Assembly: GCF_006345805.1 (NCBI RefSeq)
Contig: NC_042997.1
Coordinates: forward strand, 206,956,001-207,020,000
Length of the DNA: 64,000 bases
DNA from: Octopus sinensis
Lineage: Eukaryota
Direction of reading: 5' to 3'
This document shows, piece after piece, positions 1-11,489 of the stretch; positions within the stretch are counted from its first letter, which is position 1, and the number at the start of each line of letters is the position of its first letter. The notes under the pieces are model-generated. The model had not been told where the DNA came from. It saw only the letters and a list, made by a program, of their open reading frames with translations, and did no database searches. The position numbers and the translations under genes were made by a program.

Positions 1-66
1 TTACTTTGTTTACTATCTTCTGTTTACTGTCTTCTGCACCCGTGTGTTTCTGTATACTTATGTAAC

Positions 67-690
67 CATGCCTAGAAGTAAAGTGTCAAATTTGTCTGCA
101 ATGTCAAGGTCAGCCAAAAGAATGTCTCTGTCCAGGGAAAGAGAGACAGCTGCGGAAGGAGAAGCATACCAAGAAACGAACAGACTGAGCACTACAAAAG
201 TCATAGCTTCTCAAAGTGATGAACAGAGGTATGCACGGCTGACAAGGAATAGGATCTCTTCTGCAGGAGGAAGAGCAATTGCAACAGCCCAGAGAAGCAG
301 CTTTGAAATATGATCCAGGAGTTCATTGTGCAGATGACACTAGAGTTTCCATTGGTGCGCGGACAACTGAGTGCATGCATTGTAAAGCAAGGATGTGGCC
401 TGGAGAGACACTTGCACTGTGCTGCTGTTAAACTCCCTGCAATCCCCAACCTTCAGAGCCATTGAAGGGTCTGTTGTCATCAACTGACCAAGATTCCAAG
501 CACTTCCAAAACAGAATTAGACAATGCAATGCTGCACTATAGATGACATCACTTGGAGCCGCAAGAGATTCATCTGAGCGAGGATTCATGCAAACTTTCA
601 AGATCCAAGGTCAGATTTATCCTTGGATTGGCTCTCTACTACCTCTGTCAAATGAATCACCAGAATCAGCCTTTCATTGTGTATAATCTG
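67..690 (+). mobile_element. Helitron Rep/helicase N-terminal relic (frameshifted)
   Basis: ORF 44-313 (MPRSKVSNLS..SRSAKRMSLSRERET..QRYARL) continues across frameshifts into SIGARTTECMHCKARMWPGET..CC..VKLP..EPLKGLL...FQNRIRQCNAAL*MTSLGA and FMQTFKIQGQIY.WIGSLLP, all typical Helitron Rep N-terminal motifs. Confidence 0.8.
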
Positions 691-951
691 TACCTGTTTT
701 TTGGTTACAGAATAAGCTACACAAAATGTGTTTTTGAATTACGTGTCTTTACTTTATATACATACATGACTTGAAAATTTTCTTTTGACATTTCACTTAA
801 CGTCTGTGTTCCATGCTGGCATGGGTTGGAGAGTTATTGATGTAGAAAGTTTGGATCGCAGCAATTAGAAGTTGACACTTGCATAATCTAGACAGTGTTT
901 TTTAAATTTCATTATTCTCTTTAACCTGGGCAGCGCCAAGTATTTCTGCTA

Positions 952-1055
<104 letters not shown>

Positions 1056-1159
1056 ATATATACACACATATATTGATATGCGTGTATATATATATATAAT
1101 AAAAATAAGCAAGGATATCCAGAGGTAATGCAGTACGATCGTTTCATGCAACTCCATAT

Positions 1160-2095
1160 GATACCAGATTCCATCACGTGCCAGGGGGAGAAAATAGAAG
1201 AAGTTAATAGCTTCCGCTACTTGGGCAACCAAGTCTGTATTGGGTGTGGTTGCTCTGCGAATGTAGCAGCTAGAATAAGTATAGCCTGGGCAAAGTTCAT
1301 AGAGCTCCAACCTCTGCTGGAAACTAAGGGTCTCTCGTCCAGGATAAAAGGCAGACTTTATGATGCATGTGTGTGAACTTCCATGCTACACAGCAGTGAA
1401 ACATGGGCTATGACTGCTGTAGACGTGCATAGACTTGAAAGAAATGAAGCTAGTATGATCCGCTTGATGTGTAACATCAGTGTGCATACACGACAGGGTG
1501 TAAGCGCTCTGAGAGAAATGTTGGACATAAGAAGCATCAGATGTGGTTGCACTGGTATGGTCAAGTGTTACGTACGGATGAAAACAGCTGTGTGAGAAAG
1601 TACCACACCCTAACTGTGGAAGAAACCTTTGGAAGAGGTAGACCCAGAAAGATGTGGGATGAGGTGGTGAATCATGCCCTTTGAACATTGGACCTCACAG
1701 ATCCAATGGCAAGTGACCTTTGGAGATATGCTGTGAAATTGAGAAGACCTGGCAACTAAAGTCAGATTGCAGCCATTACCGATGCCAGTGTTGCATGTCT
1801 GGCCCATTTAAGAGTACCCTTGAAGCATCAGGCAATATAATATGCTTCAAAAGACCTGTTGAGTGAAGGAAAACCAAAATCGTAGTTGGTGCCTCCTGAT
1901 TGGCTTCCGTTTTGGTGGCATGTAAAATGCATCATCCAAACCTGGTTGATGCCAGCGTCCCTTGATGGGCTCCCATGGCAGTGTCATATAAAAAGCAATA
2001 TCCGAACATGGTCAATGCCAGGTATACCTGACTGGGTCCCGTACCAGTGGCACACAAAAAGCACCATCCAAACGTGGTCGATGCCAGTACCCTTT
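1160..2095 (+). mobile_element. RTE-clade LINE fragment (RT C-terminus plus part of 3' UTR)
   Basis: [49 protein letters not shown] and LHSSETWAMTAVDVHRLERNEASM match the other RTE copies here; decayed 67-bp 3' UTR units at about 1890-2090. Confidence 0.9.
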
Positions 2096-2113
2096 GTATA
2101 TATGTATGTACAT

Positions 2114-2589
2114 AAATATAATTAAGGATTTAGCAAAAGGTTGCTTCAACGCATACCGAAAATTTAGAAATGGGCAAAAAGAAGAAAAATAACGAAATCA
2201 AACAGTCTACGATTAACTATGTATGTCTTTCTGGATTAGAATTATACAAATTCATTTCCTTTATCGGCATAATATTTTGAGAATTATAAATTTGAAAATG
2301 CTAAAAAAATAAAGGGTAGGTTTTTTTTTAGCATTTTCAAATTTATAATTCTCGAAATATTATGTTGATGAAGGAAATGAATTTATAATTCTAATCCAGA
2401 AACGCGTCCATAATTAATCGTAGACTGTTTGATTTCGTTATTTTTCTTCTTTTTGCCTATGTGAGTCACAAATATTGTTGTCTGTGGAGTCATATTTTGT
2501 AGATAAAAGAATTTGCTGTCTTTTGGCTGCTCTTTCTAAATTTTCGGTATGCAGTGAAACAACTTTTTGCTAAATCCTTAATTATATTT
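2114..2589. repeat. Large imperfect palindrome, probably an inverted pair of Penelope-like pseudo-LTRs
   Basis: Arm 2114-2310 is the reverse complement of 2325-2589, with a ~75-bp extra segment at about 2460-2532. The right arm contains a hammerhead motif, as Penelope-like pseudo-LTRs do. Confidence 0.75.
2359..2414 (+). ncRNA. Type I hammerhead ribozyme motif (degenerate, U3-G8)
   Basis: Stem I ATTATG/CATAAT (6 bp), core TTGATGA, long stem II, GAAA, palindromic stem III ACGCGT, GUC triplet. Stem II closes with an A-A mismatch. Confidence 0.65.
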
Positions 2590-2842
2590 ATAATTATATA
2601 AAAAGACTTTTTGTACAAGTTTTTACCGATAATGGTACTTTCCATACTAAAACTACTTGGTAAAATTGATTACTTATTAAATTAATAATTCTTACCCTAT
2701 ATCTGTCCGACGAACGGCAACGCGAAACTCAGAGTAACAGGTTTTGTGGAATTTTCAGCTGCTTTAAATAAAGCATATTACTCTACCACTGGTATTTGAG
2801 TACTCTTTTTTCCACCTTGTTTCACATTTATGTGTTTACTCC

Positions 2843-2845
<3 letters not shown>
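2590..2845 (+). mobile_element. Penelope-like pseudo-LTR remnant
   Basis: AT-rich segment carrying a minimal hammerhead and ending at a (TA)n tract, typical of Penelope-like termini. Confidence 0.55.
2703..2740 (+). ncRNA. Minimal type I hammerhead motif (U4C, likely inactive)
   Basis: CTGT-CCGACGA-ACG GCAA CGC-GAAA-CTCAGAG-TA-ACAG: stem I CTGT/ACAG, GCAA loop II, near-palindromic stem III ACTC A GAGT, GUA triplet. Confidence 0.7.

Positions 2846-2918
<73 letters not shown>
2846..2918. repeat. (TA)n microsatellite
   Basis: Directly visible. Confidence 0.98.
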
Positions 2919-2919
<1 letters not shown>

Positions 2920-3540
2920 TTTGACTCCAGACCTTCTAAGGTCTAGTCACTGACCCTCATCGTACTCAGCTATGTTCAAGTTTCCAGTAACAGAGACTAC
3001 GACGCTATTATATACCAGCGACAGACAGGACGTTCTATCTCCGCCGCCATCATCACCTTCATCGTACCAACTTTTACGTCGTCTGTACCATCGTCGCCAT
3101 TACCATCGTCAACTTCAGACATGTACACACCAACACGACCAGTTTACTCACGCAGTTAGAGTAAATCCTTTCACCACGTATAACAGTCAGTCCATGTGAA
3201 GAAATTCTATATTAAGAGACTCAGCTCGGCGTTGAGGCTACAACCACGGCACGACATATTCGCCCAACGGGTCTCCGCCTCGAGACACAACATCTTGTAA
3301 TAGTACTCGGATCTTTTCTTTTTGAACGGCACATGTCAACACAATTTCTAGTTAACTAAACACTTTTAAACTTCCTATACTGGTAGAATGTGTTTATAAA
3401 ACATCATTTTTCTTGGCTTTATTGAGAAAATTCTATAGTTTGTAAGATATTTCCACTTTAAAATTGAGCATTTCGGTAATTTTAACCAATCAAATACTGT
3501 ACGTCCATTTAGGTAAACAACATTCCGTGCTGTATGAATA

Positions 3541-4043
3541 TGTAGTGATCCTATACAACAGTGCGCGCGCGCAACGCCCTCTCGCACATACGCGAAGACC
3601 GGAAGAAGGAATTTGCTGTCGTGTCGTTAGTTGATAGGCAGGGGACAGCGAACCTTAACAAAGAGACAGGGAGCGTAAAACGTTGACCAACTGGGCGTCC
3701 AGAGAGAGATCTAGCAGCAGTAAGCAGAGACTTGAGGCACAGCGATCGAAGGTTGCAGATCGTATTCTCTTCGCTCCCTAAGGACGCCATTTTGACCAGC
3801 TCTGTTTTAGCGGCTGAACATTGTGAAATCTTACAGCGTTAAAGTTCAGCCTTGCACATCAAGAACCAAGGGATACCAGATACACCACTTATTTCGTTCT
3901 GTGGATAAGACAATAAAGAGTATATATTTTTTACGTTTGCGTCTTGTGTTTTCTGACTGGTAGAATCTGGAAAGTAAAGCAACGGAAATCCTGTATGCAC
4001 CAGTTGCACCCTAAAAGTGCAGAAGCTACTCGTTCCCGTTACA
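3541..4043 (+). repeat. 5' LTR
   Basis: TGTAGTG..GTTACA; about 8 mismatches to the 3' LTR by manual comparison. Confidence 0.93.
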
Positions 4044-4044
4044 C

Positions 4045-4065
4045 TGGTGACTCCCGACGTGATTC
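4045..4065 (+). promoter_or_regulatory. Primer-binding site complementary to the tRNA-Trp 3' end
   Basis: TGGTGACTCCCGACGTGATTC just after the LTR; the complement of the eukaryotic tRNA-Trp 3' end is TGGTGACCCCGACGTGATTC (one extra T here). Confidence 0.8.
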
Positions 4066-4889
4066 TGGTCTTAAACCAGAGAACACTTAACAACAAAAAA
4101 TCCAGTATGTACAATATGTACATAGCAACTCGCAGAAGTTTAGCTTACACGCTGTTCGTGTATACACACCAGGATTTACAGCACAGCACTACCTGCGAGA
4201 TCTTCTGTATCAATTTAACCTGTCACAGCATTGAAGCCACAACCGCTACACGACATTTGTTCAACCGGCATCTGCACTTGTGATCTCAACATTCTGTTAC
4301 AGAACGAACTGCTATTATGTATCATGCTATTACGGACTGGTAAATTAACTCCATCTTGTCTGAAATACCCTGAGAGACTTTTCCTATGCGCTGTATTTTA
4401 TTTTGTCCGCATTCACCTTGTTGTACTTCTGTCGCACACACGTACACACACAAATGCTATCTCTGTCACATTCATACGTCACACATGCCCTTCTCGCTTG
4501 TTTTTCCATACTCAATTTGCCTTTGTAGACACAACTCATCTCTGTAAGACCCTAGGTCGGTCACGTATACATAGAGAAAGTTGTTTGTCCCTTATAACGC
4601 GCCAGCATGCCACAATTTTGTTCCTGCACGACCGAGGCATATAATCGCTCAAGCACTGGCTGGCAGCCTCAGCCTTACTACATTAACCACTGGCATATTC
4701 ATTGCTGTGTTTCAGCCTAGCCAGCCCTATTGCACTCATGCACCTCTGTTCTGCACGTGTACTGCCTTGTTTTGCAACACGTCTGCGTCAGCTCAATTCT
4801 TTTCCTGACTCAAAGAACGTCGGATGTTCACTTGCGCTGCGCCCATGTTTAGGCGTAATTTCCCCCTGTTAGACCCCTGTTGGTCACGT

Positions 4890-5200
4890 AATTAACAGAG
4901 AAAATTATCTGTCTCGCGCATCACTCCAGCATGCTTATACTGTCACCTTTGCTAACCTTACACTTTCAGCTGAAGCACTGTCTGCCTTTTGTGTTACTAG
5001 CGATCTATCTGTCAATTCCATTTCCTCTCCTGCAGCAATTGACTTAACTGCTATTTCGCAGGATCAACCACCTTTAAAGGAGTTGGATTTAACTTCGCCT
5101 AAGTTTATTAACTGTAAGTTTGCCTACCTTCCGCTCCCTTCAGCGGAAGGCTCTATACTTTGTGACGTATCCACCGGTTCTCCTAGACCGTTAGCACCTT
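4890..5200 (+). pseudogene. Gypsy pol relic (RNase H/integrase linker)
   Basis: ..YLSRA.. followed by DLTAISQDQPPLKELDL..LPLPSAEGSILCDVSTGSPRPLAP, matching the Gypsy LCDVSTG.PRP motif upstream of integrase. Confidence 0.75.
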
Positions 5201-5411
5201 TGACAACACCAACATCGGCAACACCATCATTTACACATGCACCTTTGATTTTGCTCATTTTGAGTATTTTTTCTCTTTTTTCCTTTTGGTGAATTTCTTG
5301 TGTATATTATAAATTCTGCCATTTTGTTATATTGTGTGCCATTTTGGTTATCTGGTATCCACCTTGAGTTTTTATAGTCACTACAAGGAATTTTGTTCGT
5401 GCTTAGGCACT

Positions 5412-5420
5412 GGGGGGGAG
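5412..5420 (+). promoter_or_regulatory. Polypurine tract
   Basis: GGGGGGGAG three bases before the 3' LTR. Confidence 0.8.
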
Positions 5421-5423
5421 CTT

Positions 5424-5926
5424 TGTAGTGATCCTATTCAACAGTGCGCGCGCGCAACGCCCTCTCGCGCATACGCGAAGACCGGAAGAAGGAATTTGCT
5501 GTCGTGTCGTTAGTTGATAGGCAGGGGACAGCGAACCTTAACAAAGAGACAGGGAGCGTAAAACGTTGACCAACTAGGCGTCCAGAGAGAGATATAGCAG
5601 CAGTAAGCAGAGACTTGAGGCACAGCGATCGAAGGCTGCAGATCGTATTCTATTCGCTCCCTAAGGACGCCATTTTGACCAGCTCTGTTTTAGCGGCTGA
5701 ACATTGTGAAATCTTACAGCGTTAAAGTTCAGCCTTGCACATCAAGAACCAAGGGATACCAGATACACCACTTATTTCGTTCTGTGGATAAGACAATAAA
5801 GAGTATATATTTTTTACGTTTGCGTCTTGTGTTTTCTGACTGGTAGAATCTGGAAAGTAAAGCAACGGAAATCCTGTATGCACCAGTTGCACCCTAAAAG
5901 TGCAGAAGCTACTCATTACCGTTACA
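5424..5926 (+). repeat. 3' LTR
   Basis: Direct repeat of 3541-4043. Confidence 0.93.
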
Positions 5927-7754
5927 AATATGTCCCTCGTTTAAGAAACAGATTGGGTTTATTTACATTTGCGAAGAAAAAAAGATACCTTCCCCCACCC
6001 CTAACCCTAAAATAGATTGAAATGCAATAGATCGATACTAGGGTTATAATTATGGGTGACAATTTCATACGACACCGCTACGGGAAATAGTATTTTTTTC
6101 TAGAGGTGTCAAATGAAAATGTCAACCATAATTATGACCCGAGTATCGATCTTTGCATTTCAATCTATTTTAGGTTTAGAGTTATGGTGAGGGTTAGGGT
6201 TGGGGGTGGGGGAAGGGTATATTTTTTCTTCGCAAATGTAAACCCAATCTGTTTCTTAAAGAGGACATATTCATACAGCACGGTATGTTTTCACCCCAAA
6301 TGGACGTATTTGATTGGTTAAAATTGCCGAAATGCTCGAAATTTCAGACGAAATATCTTACAAACTATAGAATTTTCTCAATAAAGCCAAAAAAAAAAAT
6401 TATGTTTTATAAACACGTTCTACCAGTATACGAAGTTTAAAAGTGTTTAGTTAACTAGAAATTGTGTTAAAAACTGCCGTTCAAAAGGAAAAGATCTTGC
6501 ATATCGTGTACCTTATGAACTGGTAATCCAAATTCCATCTTTAACTCTATGCTGAGACTTTTATCTATGCTCTGTATTTCTGTCATACGCATTCACCTTA
6601 TTTGTATATGTCACACACGAACTCACAGACACAAACACTTGTTGCATGCACACATACACAACACTGGCCAGCACTCACAACACTCTAACTTTAACAGCTT
6701 GTTAATAAAATCTTTTCTTCTCTCAAACAGTGGAACAGCTTGTCGTCATTCATCTATATTCTGTTGGCACTGTATTGTATAAGTTGTATTATGGCTTATC
6801 TTATTTTGTTAGGGATGCGACCGTGTGGCGTACAAAAGGAGACCTATGTCTCCAACCTCCTCACATACGGTCGTATTCCTACATGTCCGAGGAAGGACAA
6901 AGACACCTCTAAATACACATTTGTTGGACCTAATAATGATGCCGTACCCGAAAAGCAGATATAGATGCTGTTTTGTGTTCGTCTTCAGAATTATTTGCTA
7001 TCAGAAAACCATCGATATATATGCATAGAGAAAAGGCAAACCGCATGTCACAGTATCGATAAAACACTGGAATATCTGCGCAGCATTACGTAGATCAAAA
7101 TAGGAATTCAAACAATTCAAAAAGTGTAGTAATTGCGTTTATGGAATATCTGCACACTCGACAGGAATTTGGTTGCATGCCCTCATCAGATCGACCTTCA
7201 AAATTATAGACTTTGTACGGGTTTTCTAATAAATAGAAACTGGCTAATGCTAACTTCGGCGCTTGTGCCGCTTCCCTAAAAAGCGACAGCTCTGGAACGG
7301 TCGTTAATGAAGAAAAAGTAACTATTTGTGATAGCCAGGCGCACTTATTGCCTTTAGAACCTGGCTGTTTTGTTTTCCAGAAAGAAAGAAGTGTCTTTTG
7401 AAAAAAGAAAGAAAGAAAGAACAAAATGATTCTCAATAGCGAGTGTACATTATCTTTGGTTATATGTCTCCCAAACATATAAAACCGGATAGGATCACCA
7501 AGGAATGTGGATAGTCAACATAAATAGCTGAAATGTCTCAACATAAATCGGACGGGATCTAAATACAAAGAATATCTAAATTAATTTGTTGTGAGATGGA
7601 GTGAGAGCTTTTCAGAAAGTGGAGGGAAGAGTCATCGGATGGGTAAATATAGTTATTACTAATAAACGGTTTTTATAGGGTGAAAAGAGGACAAATTTTA
7701 GATCAATCGAGGAGCCATATCACTTCACAGTTGCACGCTGATTGGTTGATTTAT

Positions 7755-7805
7755 AGGATCACAGGAAGTCACCACAGTGAAACTGTGGTGACTTCCTGTG
7801 ATCCT
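7755..7805. other. Perfect 24-bp hairpin with GAA loop
   Basis: AGGATCACAGGAAGTCACCACAGT-GAA-ACTGTGGTGACTTCCTGTGATCCT. Confidence 0.95.
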
Positions 7806-7933
7806 TGACTGAATATCTTGCGGTCGGGGCTCGAATCCCTGCAACAGCATAGTGATAGTAAGGAAGTACAAACTAGCAAGTTTGGTTTGTGGCGATAATT
7901 TCATGCACCAACGATGAATTTTATTTGCGACTA

Positions 7934-8023
<90 letters not shown>

Positions 8024-8101
8024 ATATCTATCTATCTATCTATCTATCATCTATCTATCTATCTATCTATTTATCTATCTATCTATATGTCTTTCTATCT
8101 A

Positions 8102-8152
<51 letters not shown>
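7934..8152. repeat. (TCTA)n microsatellite
   Basis: Directly visible. Confidence 0.97.
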
Positions 8153-8153
<1 letters not shown>

Positions 8154-8453
8154 GGACGTATCGGTTTATCAGCCGAGTCTATCGTTAATATCGTCACGCC
8201 TCCTTCCTTCAAACGCTATTTTCATCATACTTGTGGCTATGGCGAAAGAATGTATCTGGTGGACGCGCCTGAAAGGATTAGAGACAAACACTTTCCTCTC
8301 TGGTCAATCTCTCATCAACTTCTTCAAGTATCACTTGAAGGGGAAAGTGAGAGTAGAGAGGCAAGTTTTGTCTAGTGAATGTTTTAAAAAAGATGGGTGA
8401 ATGTAGCAAGCATGCACGTACGTACGAATGACGAAGCCACCTTGATCCTATGA
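8150..8453 (+). pseudogene. Tx1/L1-like ORF2 C-terminal fragment
   Basis: Across two frameshifts: GRIGLSAESIVNIVTPPSFK..AIFIILVAMAKECIWWTRLKGLETNTFLSGQSLINFFKYHLKGKVRVERQVLSSECFKK(R)WVNVASM..TLIL*, the AK..IW..R / F...W pattern of L1/Tx1 ORF2 ends. Confidence 0.7.
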
Positions 8454-8504
8454 ACCGTAATAGTTAATACAGAGAGTTGCTTATTTGTAAAAAAAATATA
8501 ACAT

Positions 8505-9742
8505 ATGACTTCATTGACCGAGGCTACCGTGGTCTGCGGCGAGAAGTGTCTCGTCAATAGAGACAAAAATGTTATTATTAATAAGGAAGAGGTTCTGAGG
8601 TGTGAGCATTAAGCTGATCCCTCCGACAGAGGCAACAGAGGAAAAGAGCCTCAAAACAGTTGTGTATAGAACACAGGCGGTGGAGACAAAGAAAATTGAA
8701 TGGATGACAGAGAAAGAGATTGAAGAGTGCCAAGGAGAAGTTATGAGAAAGGTAACTTATGTTGGCAGAGGGAAGAAATTTGGTACGATGGAGGTGAGGC
8801 TTGCCACAAAGGAAGAGGCGGCCTCGTCCTCCACCACCATCCGAAGAACGGAGAAGATAGCGTTGTTGCCCACCTACAGAGGAAAACGAAGCGCCAGAGT
8901 TAGGATTTTGAGAGTGCCACCAGAAATATAAACGGAATGGTTGGTTGCAGCGGTACTGGCGTCCACAGAGGACGAACATGAACCGGGACCAGTTGGTGAA
9001 ACAAATACGTTGAACTGGCGGGGATCTGATGTCGAAATATGGCTTGTCACCACAATCGAGGACATCGAGAGCAACCCTCACCAGATCGAGATTGAGAACG
9101 AAACGGCGCTAAATGTTGTAGTGGAGGGAAGGAGACCTAATTGCTATCTATGCGGAGTGAGAGGACACATAAGGACCGAGTGTCCCTTATATGAATTCAC
9201 ACAAAGCGAAGAGACAGTGGAAAGGGAACAAAAGAAAGAACAGATGCAAGAGAAAGTACAAATAGAAGCAGAACAATTAGACAAGGACTGTAGCCAGAAA
9301 GATAAAGAGAAGAAGAAAAGTGAAATGAAAGGACCAAAGGAGTAGAGCGAGGAAGTTATTAGCCCCAAAAGAAGAAAGAGATCGAAGACAAGGGAACACT
9401 CAGAAGAAAACAAAAAAGGTAAGGAGAAATTTGAAACTAAGAAAAGGCAAGAGGAAGCAACAGAAAATGAATCGTATAAATTTAAGGGAGCATTTATAAC
9501 ATACAAAGGAAAGTGCGGACACAGAGAGAAGAATAGCGAAAGTGAAAGGAGTGGTAGGAGTAAAGCCGTCGGGAGACACTTTTGACTTAAATGATGGCGG
9601 TATTTCGATACCTGGCGAGAGTTACGACAAATTCATGGAGGGCTTCGTAAAGAATATAAAACTGGTGAAATATTGTCGGCTACATGAATACCCACTTCCC
9701 ATAACAGAATATGAGAGACTAAAAAGGAGAATTCAAATGTAA
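8505..9742 (+). pseudogene. LINE ORF1/gag-like protein with CCHC zinc knuckle (frameshifts and stops)
   Basis: ORFs 8602-8931, 8941-9345 and 9542-9742; RRM-like RVRILRVPPEI..EWLVAAVL, then VVVEGRRPNCYLCGVRGHIRTECP (CX2CX4HX4C) and a K/E-rich tail. Confidence 0.8.
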
Positions 9743-10045
9743 TTTTGTGAAATTCATTTATGAAAAAGGAAAAGAAAAACTTGTCGAAATGTAACCACTC
9801 GACTTCGGGGTCGAGTGGGCATTACGCCTCGTTTATACCTTTCATATTTTCATTCGTTTTCTAGAATTGTTTTCGTCTTAATTCATCTTTTTGTATTTTG
9901 AGTTTATGTTTGTCTTATTTGTATTGTCCCATTCTGTGTATAGCCCCTTGTGCGTAATAAAAAAAATGACTTTTTTCAATTGACTAGAATGTAACGAAGT
10001 AAGTTGTCCTTTTATATGTTGCTACCATTGTGTCTTGTTGTGAAG

Positions 10046-10068
10046 CATCCTGATGAGGGGAGTATCTG
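10046..10068 (+). ncRNA. 5' half of a split type I hammerhead ribozyme
   Basis: Stem I CATC, canonical core CTGATGA, stem II 5' strand GGGGAGTATCTG, which pairs with 13485-13497. Confidence 0.7.
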
Positions 10069-11489
10069 TTTCATTAATATATGAAATTTATATCATAATA
10101 GCAGAGGTACCCGGCGTTGCCCGAGTTACATGCAATTGAAGAATTAGACCTTTCTGTTATATTTTCTCCAATGAACTGGAATATCTGTTTCGAATTTCAT
10201 CAAAATTGCAGATGAAGGTTATTTCCCTCTTTACACACCCTAAAAAGATTGTAATCATAACACATGTATCCCATACTACTGATTTTTATGCGCATATTCC
10301 AAAATTCCAGTCTTATTGAACCTGTCAGAAGGATTTTGCTCCTGAAAAATGAAGGTCATGGAGCTCTAAAATGTGAGAGTTAAGGCCCCTGTTGGTGGTG
10401 GGTGTCTTAAAGTCAAGCAGAGAAGTTGAATTGTTGAGAATCTTTTTAACTTGGGTCTTATAGCTATTGTTTGAATTTCTTTGAAATAGGAAATATATGT
10501 TCACTGTGTTTGTAAAAGAGAGCAAAGCTACAGGAAACCAAAAGACGAATGATCACAATAAGCAGTCGGCTACTGTACCCTAGTCGTTACTACTCCCAAT
10601 GTAGGATTCCTCAACATCCAGGTGACAGGCACAACCATAAGATTCATTACGGATCTATAGCAATTGGAAGGGCATGACCCAACTGAAATAAACATTAACA
10701 ACTGTCTGACGTGAGAGCTAAGGAGAAATGAAAGTGTCATGTCTGGAGTTTGTAAATGACCACTATACTGATACGTAAGTGGACAGAATAAATTTACAAT
10801 CTATAAATGTCTTTGAATAACCAGTCACTCATCTAGGAAGGCCTTGAAATCAATGTTACCATCTGGGGACTATGTGTGATCCAGTGATAATAAAAATACT
10901 GAAAGGAAGTCTGCAATCAAATAACTTTATTCAACACTTTGCAACTGAATCAGTGGAGGCAAAGATGCCTCTCCTTTACTTGACAATTTATGCACCACAT
11001 TGCAGAAATCACAATGTAAGTGTATGTCAAAGCAAACTGTTACACTGTTGTACCATTGAATTACAAATAATGCTCATCTTTTACGCTCGGGTAACCCTAC
11101 ATCTTCGAAGAGTACAACTGTATTCATCTTTGCTTAGATAAAATGACAAAATGTGTGTGTTAAGTCCCCATGGAGGGGTTTTTGTAACTTGTAAGAAGAT
11201 GAAATTTTATAAATATTACTTCATTTGTGTGTAATATCTATGGTTAAAATTTAATCAACTGCAAAAATATATGAATTGTCTTGGGGGTTATGGCCCTTAT
11301 GCATAGAATATAATTTCCAAATTTTATAAAGATCCATTCAGTACTTTTGACATAGTTTTGGATCATAAAAGAAATTACTAAAATTTGGGAGTAAGGTCCC
11401 CATTAGGGTGTTATATATATATATACACACACACACATACAAAGATAAATTGATAGATACAACTGAGTGGGCAAACAAAACTATGAGAC

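Larger units (their letters stand above)
3541..5926 (+). mobile_element. Complete non-autonomous Gypsy-derived LTR retroelement
   Basis: Two 503-bp TG..CA LTRs, AATA target-site duplication (3537-3540 and 5927-5930), PBS, polypurine tract and a pol relic. Confidence 0.93.
3309..6497. mobile_element. Palindromic MITE-like non-autonomous DNA element with GGATC..GATC termini, interrupted by an LTR element
   Basis: 3309-3540 plus 5927-6080 is the reverse complement of about 6120-6497; internal CCCTAA/TTAGGG-like motifs; second copy at 25785-26270. No clear TSD. Confidence 0.8.
2925..6882 (+). mobile_element. Unclassified interspersed repeat 'X', split by the MITE at 3309-6497 (parts 2925-3308 and 6498-6882)
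   Basis: Joining the two parts gives a sequence colinear with the reverse complement of 55904-56680 (shared agacctt..aaggtctagtcactgacc, gtacct.atgaactggtaa, aataaa..ttctctcaaacagt, 3' end cctaca). Confidence 0.75.
8150..9968 (+). mobile_element. 5'-truncated Tx1/L1-like LINE: ORF2 C-terminus, 51-bp spacer, gag-like ORF, 3' UTR, poly(A)
   Basis: See the two component ORFs; 3' UTR has a GC hairpin (CCACTCGAC..GTCGAGTGG), a T-rich tract, and AATAAA running into an A tail at about 9957-9967. Confidence 0.7.

Noticed and set aside
5990-6205. Interstitial telomere (CCCTAA/TTAGGG)
   Set aside because: Only 2-3 imperfect units that are part of the MITE consensus (also at about 25785 and 25960).
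7095-7478. 127-aa ORF as a host gene
   Set aside because: No recognisable motif or splice structure.
7810-7845. tRNA gene
   Set aside because: Only a T-arm/B-box-like segment; no D arm or acceptor stem.
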